Shown: positions 22,856 through 39,500 of the stretch, one piece after another
Layout of the letters: every line of letters starts with the position of its first letter
How positions within the stretch are numbered: the stretch's first letter is position 1
Source of the DNA: Eledone cirrhosa
Lineage: Eukaryota
Length of the DNA stretch: 64,000 bases
NCBI GenBank assembly: GCA_964016885.1
Contig: OZ024740.1
Coordinates: 29,884,001-29,948,000 of the forward strand
Reading direction: 5' to 3'
Translations under genes and position numbers: made by a program
Notes under the pieces: model-generated
The model's input: only the letters and a program-made list of their open reading frames with translations
What the model was told of the DNA's origin: nothing
The model's database searches: none

Positions 22856-23046
22856 AACTACCACCACTACTACTGCTACTACTACAACTACTGCTACTAC
22901 TACAACTACTGCTACTACTACAACTACTGCTACTACTACTACTACTGCTACTACTACTACTACTACTACTACAACTACCACCAATACTACTGCTACTACT
23001 ACAACTACTGCTACTACTACAACTACTGCTACTACTACAACTACTG

Positions 23047-23078
<32 letters not shown>

Positions 23079-23091
23079 GCTGCTACTACTA

Positions 23092-23123
<32 letters not shown>

Positions 23124-23173
23124 ACTACTATTACTACTACTACTACTACTACCACTACTACTACTACTACTAC
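22165..23173. repeat. Compound trinucleotide repeat (CTA/CTG/CAA/CCA)n
   Basis: Direct reading; 18-bp sub-period CTACTGCTACTACTACAA. Confidence 0.96.
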
Positions 23174-23260
23174 AAAAATTAAAAGCTGAACGACAAAACA
23201 AGTTTTAGAAGCCTGTGGCTAATAAAAATTAAAAGAATTGTAGTCTAAAATCCAGAATCT

Positions 23261-25376
23261 ATGTGTGTGTGTATGTGGGGAGTGTGTGTCTATGTGGTTG
23301 AGAGTGTGTGTGTGTATGTGGGGGAGAGTGTGTGTGTGTGGGGGAGAGTGTGTGTATGTGGTGGAGAGTGTGTGTGATTGGGGGGAGAGAGTGTGTGTGT
23401 ATGTGGGGGAGAGTGTGTGTATGTGGGGGAGAGTGAGTGTGGGTATGTGGTGGAGAGTGTGTGTGTGTGTATGTGGGGGAGAGTGTGTGTGTATGTGGGG
23501 AGACAGTGTGTGTGTACGTGGGGAGTGTGTGTGTGTATATGTGGGGGAGAGTGTGTGTGTATGTGGGGGAGAGTGAGTGTGTGTATGTGGGGGAGAGTGT
23601 GTGTGTGTATGTGGGGGAGAGTATGTGTGTATGTGGGAGAGTGTGTGTGTGTATGTACGGAAGAGTGTGTGTGTATGTGGGGGAGAGTGTGGGTATGTGG
23701 TGGAGAGTGTGTGTGTGTGTTATGTGGAGGAGAGTGTGTGTGTATGTGGGGGAGAGCGAGTGTGGGGTTAGTGTGTGTGTATGTGGAGGAGAGTGTGTGT
23801 GTGGATGTGGGGGAGAGCGAGTGTGGGGTTAGTGTGTGTGTATGTGGAGGAGAGTGTGTGTGTGTATGTGGGGGAGAGTATGTGTGTATGTGGGAGAGTG
23901 TGTGTGTGTATGTACGGAAGAGTGTGTGTGTATGTGGGGGAGAGTGTGGGTATGTGGGGGAGAGTGAGTGTGTGGATGTGGAGGAGAGTGTGTGTATGTG
24001 GGGGAGAGTGTGTGTATATGGTGGAGAGTGTGTGTGTCTATGTGGTGGAGACTGTGTGTGTGTGTATGTGTGAGAGAGTGTGTGTATGTGGAGGAGAGTG
24101 AGTGTGTGTATGTGGGGGAGAGTGTGTGTGTGTATGTGGGGGAGAGTTTGTGTGTATGTGGGAGAGTGTGTGTGTGTATGTACGGAAGAGTGTGTGTGTA
24201 TGTGGGGGAGAGTGTGTGTATGTGGGGGAGAGTGAGTGTGTGTATGTGGAGGAGAGTGTGTGTATGTGGGGGAGAGTGTGTGTATATGGTGGAGAGTGTG
24301 TGTGTCTATGTGGTGGAGACTGTGTGTGTGTGTATGTGTGAGAGAGTGTGTGTATGTGGAGGAGAGTGAGTGTGTGTATGTGGGGGAGAGTATGTGTGTA
24401 TGTGGGAGAGTGTGTGTGTGTATGTACGGAAGAGTGTGTGTGTATGTGGGGGAGAGTGTGGGTATGTGGTGGAGAGGGTGTGTGTGTTATGTGGAGGAGA
24501 GTGTGTGTGTATGTGGGGGAGAGCGAGTGTGGGGGTAGTGTGTGTGTATGTGGAGGAGAGTGTGTGTGTGGATGTGGGGGAGAGTGAGTGTGTGTATGTG
24601 GGGGAGAGTGAGTGTATGTATGTGGAGGAGAGTGTGTGTATGTGGGGGAGAGTGTGTGTATATGGTGGAGAGTGTGTGTGTCTATGTGGTGGAGAGTGTG
24701 TGTGTGTGGATGTGTGAGAGAGTGTGTGTATGTGGAGGAGAGTGTGTGTGTATGTGGGGGAGAGTGTGTGTGTATGTGGGGGAGAGTGAGTGTATGTGGG
24801 TAATGTGTGTGTATGTGGGGTATAGTGTGTGTGTATGTAGGGGAGAGTGTGTGTGTGTATGTGGGGGAGAGTATGTGTGTATGTGGGGGAGAGTGTGTGT
24901 GTGTATGTGCGGGAGAGTGTGTGTGTATGTGGGGGAGAGTGTTGGTATGTGGTGGAGAGTGTGTGTGTGTATGTGGAGGAGAGTGTGTATGTATGTGAGG
25001 GAGAGTGAGTGTGGGGGAGTGTGTGTGTATGTGGAAGAGAGTGTGTGTGTGTATGTGGGGGAGAGTGAGTGTGTGTATGTGGGGGAGAGTGAGTGTGTGT
25101 ATGTGGAGGAGAGTGTGTGTATGTGGGGGAGAGTGTGTGTGTGTATGTGGGGTATAATGTGTGTGTATCTAGGAGAGAGTGTGTGTGTGTATGTGGGGGA
25201 TAGTGTGTGTGTATGTAGGGGAGAGTGTGTGGTTTATGTGGGGAAGAGTGTGTGGGGGTGTATGTGGGGGAGAGTGTGTGTGTGTGTGTGTCGGTGTGTA
25301 TGTGACGTCTGTGTGTGTGTGTATATGTGTGTGTGTATGTGTGTGTGTGTATGTGACGTGTGTGTGTGTGTGTGTA
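23261..25376. repeat. G-rich minisatellite (GT)nATGTGGGGGAGA
   Basis: ~20-24-bp degenerate unit with G5 runs. Confidence 0.95.
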
Positions 25377-25460
25377 GACTAAATTCTTAAATGATATATA
25401 AAAAATGAACACAACCACAAACAACGAAAACCATTAAAATAAAACACATCCTACCCTCTC

Positions 25461-26695
25461 CTCCACCACCTCTAACCTCCACCACCACCACCCCTAACCT
25501 CCACCACCACCACCACCCCTAACCTCCACCACCACCACCTCCACCACCACCACCTCTAACCTCCACCACCACCACCTCTAACCTCCACCACCACCACCTC
25601 AACCTCCACCACCACCACCACCTCAACCTCCACCAGCACCACCTCAACCTCCACCACCACCACCTCTAACCTACACCACCACCTCTAAACTACACCACCA
25701 CCACTTCTAACCTACACCACCACCACCTCAACCTCCATCACCACCACCTCTAACATCCACCACCACCACCTCTAACTTCCACCACCACCACCTCAACCTC
25801 CACCACCACCACCTCTAACCTCCACCACCACCACCTCAACCTACACCACCACCACCTCGAACCTCCACCACCACCACCTCAACATCCACCACCACCACCT
25901 CTAACCTCCACCACCACCACCTCAACCTCCACCACCACCGCCTCAACCTCCACCACCACCACCTCAACCTCCACCACCACCACCTCAACATCCACCACCA
26001 CCACCTCTAACCTCCACCACCACCACCTCAACCTCCACAACCACCACCTCAACCTCCACCACCACCACCTCTAACCTCCACCACCACCACCTCAACATCC
26101 ACCACCACCACCTCAACCTCCACCACCACCACCACCTCTAACCTCCACCACCACCACCTCCACCACCACCACCTCTAACCTACACCACCACCACTTCTAA
26201 CCTACACCACCACCACCTCAACCTCCACCACCACCTCTAACCTACACCACCACCGCCTCTAACCTCCACCACCACCACCACCACCACCTCAACATCCACG
26301 ACCACCACCTCTAACCTACACCACCACCACTTCAACCCCCACCACCACCACCCCTAACCTACACCACCACCACTTCTAATCTACACCACCACCACCTCTA
26401 ACCTACACCACCACCACTTCTAACCTCCACCACCACCACCTCTAACCTCCACCACCATCACCTCAACCTCCACCACCACCACCTCTAACCTACACCACCA
26501 CCACCTCTAACCTCCACCACCACCACCACCACCACCTCTAACCTCCACCACCACCTCAACCTCCACCACCACCACCTCTAACCTCCACCACCACCACCAC
26601 CACCACCACCTCTAACCTCCACCACCACCTCAACCTCCACCACCACCACCTCTAACCTCCACCACCACCTCTAACCTCCACCGCCACCACCTCTA
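25461..26695. repeat. C-rich minisatellite (CCA)3-4CCTC(T)AACCT
   Basis: ~21-22-bp unit repeated over 1.2 kb. Confidence 0.95.
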
Positions 26696-26698
26696 TTA

Positions 26699-27258
26699 GA
26701 CACTCACACACACACAGATACACAGGCATAAGTACACTGATACACACACATCAGACATAAGTACACTGGCACACACACAGATACACAGACATAAGTACAC
26801 TGACACACATACACAGATACACAGACATAAGTACACTGACACACACACACAGATACATAAACATAAGTACACTGGCACACACACATATACACAGACATAA
26901 GTACACTGACACACACGCACAGATATACAGAATAAAGTACACTGACATATACACAGATATAAGTATACTGACACACACACAGATACACAGACATAAGTAC
27001 ACAGACACGCACACACACAGATACACAGAGATAAGTACACTGAAACACACACAGATACATAGTCATAATTACACTGACACACACACAGATACACAGACCT
27101 AAGTACACTGACACACACACACACAGATATATAGACATAAGTACACTGACACACACTCAGACACATAGACATAAGTACACTGACATACACACTCAGATAC
27201 ATAGACAAAAGTACACTGACATATACACACACAGATACACAGACATAAGTACACTGAC
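26699..27258. repeat. Left segment of the CA-rich satellite
   Basis: Same unit as 30544-57401, separated from it by the CR1 insertion. Confidence 0.93.
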
Positions 27259-30200
27259 AGGCTGTCTTTTTCGGACCCCGCTGAGGCAATCTCATACCAT
27301 CTGGCCTCTGTTAAAGCTGGGCGTGAAAATCGGATTACCTTCCGAACACGCCCAGGCCTACCACCCCATGTAGGCCCAGAGCTACGTGCTGCAGTTTCCT
27401 TGAATCGGAACTCAGCACAAAATGAAACTTTTAGTCTGCGTGATGATGGGCAGATCTGGAGGTCTGTTAAGCCTGGTGAAACGTGGAAGAGAGATTCTAG
27501 CTGCTCTGCGTGTGCTCTACCCACAATAACTGGCAATGAAAAAACTGCAAGAACTCTGGGAAACTAAACCAGAACAACCTGCCACCCTCTACACACCATC
27601 ATAAACTGCAAGCAGGGTACAAATTGTTGTCCTTAAATGCTTGCAGTTTATGCAACAAGATACATATGTTTGACTCCTACGTCAGAAGCATCGACCCTGA
27701 CTTCATTACAGTCACGGAAACATGGGCATATTCCTTACTCTGTGATGGGGTTTTCAGCATTACTGGGTACAACCTTTTCCGCAAGGACCACATTAATCGC
27801 CGTGGTGGTGGCGTGATGGTCTACGTTCGTTCAAACTTTTCGGTAATTCCTTGCGTTGATTTGAACGAATCACAAGAAGTTTTTTTCTGTGACATACGTA
27901 TGACCATGTCAACACTTCTGCTTGGTGTTGTTTATCGCCCCCCAAACTACCATCAGGACACACAGCTTTGCGATATCCTCAGAGTTCCTGCCAAGAAAAC
28001 AGCCACTTATGTGTTTATTGCGGGTGACTTCAATCATCCTGAGATCGATTGGGAAACCTTTCGTTGGCCACAAGGTGCAAACGATTTCCTTGAACTAGTG
28101 CTGGACTCAAACTGGTCACAAGTGGTTACCTCTCCAACAAGAGGTGACAACACATTGGACCTGATCTTCACCACTACTCTTGAAGTGGTTATCAGTTGTA
28201 CTATTGAGGAACCTCTAGGCGACTCTGATCATGCTATGATCATTGCCAATCTGGCTCTTGCGGGCAGCAACAAAAACCAGAGCCATCTCCAATCTGCTTG
28301 CTTTGATTGGAAGAAAGCAGATTGGAACTTGTACTGCACTGAGCTACAGCGCCCAAACTGGCATGAGATGTATAACTCTGGAGATGTGAACACTATACTC
28401 CAGAGCATCCTGGACTCAATATGGATAGCGTGTGCAGCATCGGTGCCACGTAAGCAGAAAAAAAACACCCCAAAAGTGCAATTTGGGAAACTTCAGCGGT
28501 CCGACTTGCCAGGAAAGAACGTCGGAACGCTGAACGGGAATATAAACTGCATAAATCAGATGCCAACAGAAAAAAGCGGATTAAATCTTCTAACCTTCTC
28601 AAGCAAGTGACAAAAAAGGCAGTGCTTGAATTTGAACAGTGCATAGCAACCAATCCTGACAGTAAGGTGTTCTGGAAATATGTTCATTCAAAGCAGAGAC
28701 CTCACTCTCCAGTTGGTCCTCTTCACAATCCACACTCAAGCCAGATCACTGAAGATCCCAAAGAATGCGCAGAACTCATTGCTGAGTGCTATGCAAGTAT
28801 TTTTACTGTTTAAAACCAGAATGTACCATCTCCACCATCTCTAACATCAAATTCCATAACATCTATGGAATTTACACCTGCAATGTTGCGACGTCACCTT
28901 AAGAATAAGCGCAACTATGCCACCCCTGGCCTTGATGGTGTGACATACCTGCTTCTCAAACGTGGCGGGTATTTCCTTTTGCGCCAGCTTTCTTTCTTCT
29001 TTCAATACTGTCTCAACAATGGTGCTACTCCAGAACAGTGGAAAACTGCCAGTGTCATTCCCCTGTTCAAAAAGGACAACCGCATGTCACCTGTGAACTA
29101 TCGTCCAGTCAGTCTTACTAGCTGTATGGCCAAACTGATGGAATCCTGTGTCAGAGAAACACTTTGGAACTTCTGGAGCTCTCACAGCCTCATCCGGCCC
29201 TCACAGTTTGGATTTATCCCTAACTCCAGCTGCTGTGATCAGCTTATCGAGTTCCTTGAAGACATCACCCGGATCACTGACAGCGGCTCATGGGTGGATG
29301 TTGTTTACCTTGACTTTGCTAAGGCTTTTAATTCTGTGCCATACAAAAGACTTATGGCAAAACTCTCTGCAATGGGTGTGAGGGATGATCTTTTCGACTG
29401 GTTTAAAATCCTTCATTCTCAGCTGAAAAGAGGTAGTGATGGTTCTAGGACAGCATTCTTCACCATATGAGATGTCATCTGGTGTACCACAGGGATCTGT
29501 TCTTGGTCCCCTTTTGTTTGTGGCATATATTAATCACATAGATGCCAACTTACAGAATGCCACGGTACTGAAATATGCAGATGACATCAAGCTGTACCTT
29601 GAAATCAAAAGGACTGATCCTGAAATCTACAACACTTTCCTACAATCAGACCTGGACACAATGCAGCAATGGATCACAGACTGGCAACTGAAGCTGGCTG
29701 TGGACAAGTGTACCACCATGCATTTTGGAAGGAAAAATCCAGCGTCCACATACTCCCTCCACAACACTGATATCAAGAAGTCCTCTTGTGAACGTGACCT
29801 GGGCATTACTGTCAGCAGCGATTTGCGTTGGACAAAGCATGTCACTAAGATTGTCAAGAAGGCTGAGGGTGTCTTGGCATCACTCAGCAAGACCTTTGTT
29901 AGCCGCTCTCCAGCCATCTATTTAAAACTATATACAGCTATGGTACGACCACACTTGTAATTCGCATCATCAGTCTGGAACCCCTATCTTGCTCAGAACA
30001 TTGACCTCCTGGAAACTATTCAGAGACGTGCAACCAAGCGCATACCCTCCATCAGACACCTACCATACTCTGAACGCCTTGCTTCCCTGGGCATGGATTC
30101 ATTGAAGCTCCGACATCTGGCAATGGACTTGGTAAACACCCACAAAGTTATTAACCATCTCGCCAACAACAACCCTGAGCACCATTTTGATCTTCAGGTG

Positions 30201-30543
30201 TTTAACACACGTGGACATGCCTACAAAATAAGAAAACAGAACAGCTCCAATGACTTTCGTAAACATTTTTTCACGCTCAGAGTTGCTGAAGCATGGAACA
30301 AACTGCCTGCGTCAATTGTTAGCTGCCGAGACACTGCATTCTTTAAGACACTCATGCTTCCCGAAATTCACCAAATCTACACCTGATGTCCCCCTTCCAT
30401 ACACATGCACACGTGTGTATATCATGACTCATGCACTGTTCATTTTCCTGATGTTTGTGCATTGCCCTATGTACTATACATACAGTTTTTGATGAGTTGT
30501 AGTGCACCTGAGCACTGTACACGATATTTCATTATTATTATTA
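27259..30543 (+). mobile_element. CR1-clade LINE (ORF1 C-terminus + disrupted ORF2) inserted in the satellite
   Basis: Open frame 27259-27567 ending ..TLGN*; APE motifs VTETW, YRPP, GDFN, TRGDNTLDL, SDH; RT motifs YLDFAKAF, GVPQGSVLGP, YADD; stops and frameshifts; (ATT)n tail. Confidence 0.94.
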
Positions 30544-33500
30544 TACACACAGATATACAGACATCAGTATATTGACATGCATACACTCAGATACACATGC
30601 ATAAGTACACTGACATACACACACAGATACACATACGTAAGTACACTGACATACACACACAGATACATAGATATAAGTACACTGACACAAACACATAGAT
30701 ACACATACTTAAGTACACTGACATACACACACAGATACATAGACATAAGTACACTGACACAAACACATAGATACACATACATAAGTACACTGACATACAC
30801 GCACAGATACACATACATAAGTACACTGACATACACACACAGATACATAGACATAAGTACACTGACGTACACACACAGATACACATACATAAGTACACTG
30901 ACACACACACAGATACACATACGTAAGTACACTGACACATACACACAGATACACATACATAAGTACACTGACACACACACAGATACACAGACATAACTAC
31001 ACTGACACACACACACAGATACATAGACATAAGTACACTGACACACACACAGATACATAGACATAAGTACACTGACACACACACAAAGATACACAGACAT
31101 AAGTACACTGACACACACACTGATACACAGACATAAGTACACTAACACACACGCAGATACACAGACATAAGTACCCTGACACACACACAGATACACACAC
31201 ATAAGTACACTGACACACACACACAGATACACAGACATAAGTACACTGACACACAGATACACAGACAGTACACTGACACACACAGAGATACACATACATA
31301 AGTACACTGACACACACACACAGATACATAGACATATGTACACTGACATACACACACAGATACATAGGCATAAGTACACTGACACACACACAGATACACA
31401 GACATAAGTACAATGACACACACACACAGATACACAGACATAAGTACACTGACACACACACACAGATACACAGACTTAAGTACACTGACACACACACTGA
31501 TACACAGACATAAGTACACTGACACACACACACAGATACATAGACATAAGTACACTGACACACACACTGATACACAGACATAAGTACACTGACACACACA
31601 CACAGATACACAGACATAAGTACACTGACACACACACTGATACACAGACATAAGTACACTGACACACACACACAGATACATAGACATAAGTACACTGACA
31701 CACACACACAGATACACAGACATAAGTACACTGACACACACACAGATACACAGATATAACTACACTGACACACACACACACACACTGATACACAGACATA
31801 AGTACACTGACACACACACAGAAACACAGACATAACTACACTGACACACACACACAGATACATAGACATAAGTACACTGACATACACACAGATACACAGA
31901 CATAACTACACTGACACACACACACAGATACATAGACATAAGTACACTGAGATACACACACAGATACACAGACATAAGTACACTGACACACACACAGATC
32001 CATAGACATAAGTACACTGACACACACACAGATACACAGACATAAGTACACTGACACACACACACATATACACTGACATAACTACACTGACACACACACA
32101 CAGATACACAGACATAAGTACACTGACACACACACACAGATACATAGACATAAGTACACTGACATACACACTGATACACAGACATAAGTACACTGACACA
32201 CACACAGATACATAGACTTAAATACACTGACACACACACTGATACACAGACATAAGTACACTAACACACACGCAGATACACAGACATAAGTACACTGACA
32301 CACACACAGATACACAGACATAAGTACACTGACACACACACACAGATACACAGACATAAGTACACTGACACACACACACAGATACACACACACACAGATA
32401 CACAGACATAAGTACACTGACACACACACAGATACACAGACATAAGTACACTGAAACACACACACAGATACACACACACACAGATACACAGACATAAGTA
32501 CACTGACACACAAACACAGATACAGAGACATAAGTACACTGACACACACACAGATACACAGACATAAGTACACTGACACACACACAGATACACAGACATA
32601 AGTACACTAACACACACACAGATACACAGACATAAGTACACTGACACACACACACAGATACACACACACACAGATACACAGACATAAGTACACTGACACA
32701 CACACTGATATACAGACATAAGTACACTGACACACACACACAGATACATAGACATAAGTACACTGACACACACACAGATACACAGACATAACTACACTGA
32801 CACACACACACAGATACATAGACATAAGTACACTGACACACACACAGATACATAGACATAAGTACACTGACACACACACAAAGATACACAGACATAAGTA
32901 CACTGACACACACACTGATACACAGACATAAGTACACTAACACACACGCAGATACACAGACATAAGTACACTGACACACACACAGATACACACACATAAG
33001 TACACTGACACACACACACAGATACACAGACATAAGTACACTGACACACAGATACACAGACAGTACACTGACACACACAGAGATACACATACATAAGTAC
33101 ACTGACACACACACACAGATACATAGACATATGTACACTGACATACACACACAGATACATAGGCATAAGTACACTGACACACACACAGATACACAGACAT
33201 AAGTACAATGACACACACACACAGATACACAGACATAAGTACACTGACACACACACACAGATACACAGACATAAGTACACTGACACACACACTGATACAC
33301 AGACATAAGTACACTGACACACACACACAGATACATAGACATAAGTACACTGACACACACACTGATACACAGACATAAGTACACTGACACACACACACAG
33401 ATACACAGACATAAGTACACTGACACACACACTGATACACAGACATAAGTACACTGACACACACACACAGATACATAGACATAAGTACACTGACACACAC

Positions 33501-36500
33501 ACACAGATACACAGACATAAGTACACTGACACACACACAGATACACAGACATAACTACACTGACACACACACACACACACTGATACACAGACATAAGTAC
33601 ACTGACACACACACAGAAACACAGACATAACTACACTGACACACACACACAGATACATAGACATAAGTACACTGACATACACACAGATACACAGACATAA
33701 CTACACTGACACACACACACAGATACATAGACATAAGTACACTGAGATACACACACAGATACACAGACATAAGTACACTGACACACACACAGATCCATAG
33801 ACATAAGTACACTGACACACACACAGATACACAGACATAAGTACACTGACACACACACACATATACACTGACATAACTACACTGACACACACACACAGAT
33901 ACACAGACATAAGTACACTGACACACACACACAGATACACAGACATAAGTACACTGACACACACACACAGATACATAGACATAAGTACACTGACATACAC
34001 ACTGATACACAGACATAAGTACACTGACACACACACAGATACATAGACTTAAATACACTGACACACACACTGATACACAGACATAAGTACACTAACACAC
34101 ACGCAGATACACAGACATAAGTACACTGACACACACACAGATACACAGACATAAGTACACTGACACACACACACAGATACACAGACATAAGTACACTGAC
34201 ACACACACACAGATACACACACACACAGATACACAGACATAAGTACACTGACACACACACAGATACACAGACATAAGTACACTGACACACACAGATACAC
34301 AGACATAAGTACACTGACACACACACAGATACACAGACATAAGTACACTGACACACACACAGATACACAGACATAAGTACACTAACACACACACAGATAC
34401 ACAGACATAAGTACACTGACACACACACACAGATACACACACACACAGATACACAGACATAAGTACACTGGCACACACACACAGATACACAGACATAAGT
34501 ACACTGGCACACAAACACAGATACACAGACATAAGTACACTGGCACACACACACAGATACACAGACATAAGTACACTGACACACAAACACAGATACACAG
34601 ACATAAGTACACTGACATACACACACAGATACACAGAAATAAGTACACTGGCACACACACACAGATACACAGACATAAGTACACTGACATACACACACAG
34701 ATACACAGACATAAGTACACTAACACACACACACAGATACACAGACATAAGTACACTGACACACACACACAGATACACAGACATAAGTACACTGGCACAC
34801 AAACACAGATACACAGACATAAGTACAATGGCACACACACACAGATACACAGACATAAGTACACTGGCACACACACACAGATACACAGACATAAGTACAC
34901 TGACATACACACACAGATACACAGACATAAGTACACTGGCACACACACACAGATACACAGACATAAGTACACTGGCACACAAACACAGATACACAGACAT
35001 AAGTACACTGGCACACACACACAGATACACAGACATAAGTACACTGACACACAAACACAGATACACAGACATAAGTACACTGACATACACACACAGATAC
35101 ACAGACATAAGTACACTAACACACACACAGATACACACACACACAGATACACAGATATAAGTACACTGACACACACACACAGATACACAGACATAAGTAC
35201 ACTGACACACAAACACAGATACACAGACATAAGTACACTGACACACACACACACAGATACACACAGATACACAGACATAAGTACACTGACACACACACAC
35301 AGATACACAGACATAAGTACACTGACACACACACACAGATACACAGACATAAGTACACTGACACACACACACAGATACACACACACACAGATACACAGAC
35401 ATAAGTACACTGACACACACACACAGATACAGAGACATAAGTACACTGACACATACAGATAGACAGACATAAGTACACTGACACACACACAGATACATAG
35501 ACATAAGTACACTGACACACACACACAGATACACAGACATAAGTACACTGACACACACAGATACACAGACATAAGTACACTGACATACACACACAGATAC
35601 ACAGATATAAGTACACTGACATACACACACAGATAAGTACACTGACACACACACAGATACACAGACATAAGTACACTGACATACACACACAGACACACAG
35701 ACATAAGAACACTGACACACACACACAGATATATAGACATAAGCACACTGACACACACACACATACATAGACTTAAGTTCACTGACATACACACAGATAG
35801 ACAGACATAAGTACACTGACATACACACTGATACACAGACATAAGTACACTGACACACACACAGATACACAGATATAAGTACACTGACATACACACACAG
35901 ATAAGTACACTGACACACACACAGATACACAGACATAAGTACACTGACACACACACACAGACACACAGACATAAGAACACTGACACACACACAGATATAT
36001 AGACATAAGTACACTGACACACACACAGATACATAGACTTAAGTACACTGACATACACACAGATACACAGACATAAGTACACTGACATACACACAGATAC
36101 ACAGACATAAGTACACTGACATACACACACAGAAACACAGACATAAGTACACTGACACACACACAGATACACAGACATAAGTACACTGACATACACATAC
36201 AGATAAACAGACATAATACACTGACATACACACAGATACACAAACATAAGTACACTGACACGCACACACAGATACACAGACATAAGTACACTGACATACA
36301 CATACAGATAAACAGACATAATACACTGACATACACACAGATACACAAACATAAGTACACTGACACACACACACAGATACACAGACATAAGTACACTGAC
36401 GTACACACACATATACACAGATATAAGTACACTGACACACACATACACACAGATACACAGACATAATACACTGACACACACACAGATACACAGACATAAG

Positions 36501-39500
36501 TACACTGACACATACACAGATACACAGACATAACTATACTGACATACACACACAGATACACAGACATAAGTACACTGGCACACACACAGATACACAGACA
36601 TAAGTACACTGACATACACACACAGATACATAGACATAAGTACACTGACATACACACACACACATACACAGACATAAGTACACTGACACAGATACACAGA
36701 GATGAGTAGACTGACACGTACACACACACAGATACACAGACATAAGTACACTGACACACTCCGTTACACAGACATAGGTACACTGACACACACACACAGA
36801 TACACAGACATTAATACACTGACACACACACACAGATACACAGACATTAATACACTGACATACACACACAGATACACAGACATCAGTACACTGACACACA
36901 CACAGATACTCAGACATCAGTACTCTGACACACACACACAGATACATAGACATATGTACACTGACACACACACACACAGATACACAGACATAAGTACACA
37001 GACACACACACACAGATACACAGACATAAGTACACTGACAGACACGCACACAGATACACAGACATAAGTACACTGACACACACACAGATACAAAGACATA
37101 AGTACACTGACACACACACAGATACACAGACATAAGTACACTGACACACATACAGATACACAGACATAAGTACACTAACACACACACTGATACACAGACA
37201 TAAGTACACTAACACACACACACAGATACATAGACATAAGTACAGTGACACACACATACATATACACAGACATAAGTACACTGACATACACACACAGATA
37301 CACAGACATAAGTACACTGACATACACACACAGATACACAGACATAAGTATACTGACATACACACACAGATACACAGTCATAAGTACACTGACACACACA
37401 CACAGATACACAGACATAAGTACACTGACACACACACACAGATACATAGACATAAGTACACTGACATACACATACAGATACACAGACATAAGTACACTGA
37501 CATACACACACAGATACACAGACATAAGTACACTGACACACACACACATATACACAGACATAAGTACACTGACACACACACACAGATACACAGACATAAG
37601 TACACTGACACACACACACAGATACATAGACATAAGTACACTGACATACACATACACATACACAGACATAAGTACACTGACATACACACACAGATACACA
37701 GACATAAGTACACTAACACACACACACAGATACACAGACATAAGTACACTAACACACACACAGATACAGAGACATAAGTACACTGACATACACACAGATA
37801 CATAGACATAAGTACACTGACAGACACACACAGATACACATACATAAGTACACTGACACACACACAGATACATAGACATAAGTACACTGACACACACACA
37901 CAGATACACATACATAAGTACACTGACATACACACAGATACATAGACATAAGTACACTGACATACACACACAGATACACAGATATAAGTACACTGACATA
38001 CACACACAGATACACATACATAAGTACACTGACACACACACAGATACACAGACATATGTACTGAGATACACAAAGATACACAGACATAAGTACACTGACA
38101 CACACACACAGATACACAGACATAAGTACACTGACACACACACACAGATACACAGACATAAGTACACTGACATACACACAGATACACAGACATAAGTACA
38201 CAGACATACACACACAGATACACAGACATAAGTACACAGACATACACACACAGATACACAGACATAAGTACACTAACACACACACACACAGATACACAGA
38301 CATAAGTACACTGACACACACACAGATACACAGACATAAGTACACTGACATACACACACAGATACAGAGACATAAGTACACTGACATACACGCACAGATA
38401 CACGGACATAAGTACACAGACACACACACAGATACACAGACATAAGTACACTGACGTACACACACATATACACAGATATAAGTACACTGACATACACACA
38501 CAGATACACAGACATAAGTACACTGACACACACACAGATACACAGACATAAGTACACTGACGTACACACACATATACACAGATATAAGTACACTGACATA
38601 CACACACAGATACACAGACATAAGTACACTGACATACACACAGATACATAGACATAAGTACACTGACATACACACACAGATACACAGATATAAGTACACT
38701 GACATACACACACAGATACACATACATAAGTACACTGACACACACACAGATACACAGACATATGTACACTGAGATACACAAAGATACACAGACATAAGTA
38801 CACTGACACACACACAGATACACAGACATAAGTACACTGACATACACACACAGATACATAGACATAAGTACACTGACACACACACAGATACAGAGACATA
38901 AGTACACTAACACACACACAGATACACAGACATAAGTACACTGAGGCACACACAGATACACAGACATAAGTACACTGACATACACACACAGATACACAGA
39001 CATAAGTACACTTACATACACACAGATACACAGACATAAGTATACTGACATACACACACAGATACATAGACATAAGTACACTGACACACACACAGATACA
39101 CAGACATAAGTACACTGACATACACACACAGATACATAGACATAAGTACACTGACACACACACAGATACAGAGACATAAGTACACTAACACACACACAGA
39201 TACACAGACATAAGTACACTGACACACACACACAGATACACAGAGATGAGTAGACTGACACACACACACACACATATACATAGACATAAGTACACCGACA
39301 CACACACACAGATACACAGACATCAGTACACTGACACATACACAGATACACAGACATAAGTACACTGACACACACACAGATACACAGACATAAGTACACT
39401 GACATACACACACAGATACACAGACATAAGTACACTGACGCACACATACATAGACATAAGTACACTGACAGACACACACAGATACACAGACATAAGTACA

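Noticed and set aside
22116-23201. Poly-Ser and poly-Val ORFs
   Set aside because: Translation of a trinucleotide repeat
25461-26695. Telomere-like CTAACC motifs
   Set aside because: No tandem (TTAGGG)n; the motifs are isolated within a (CCA)n unit
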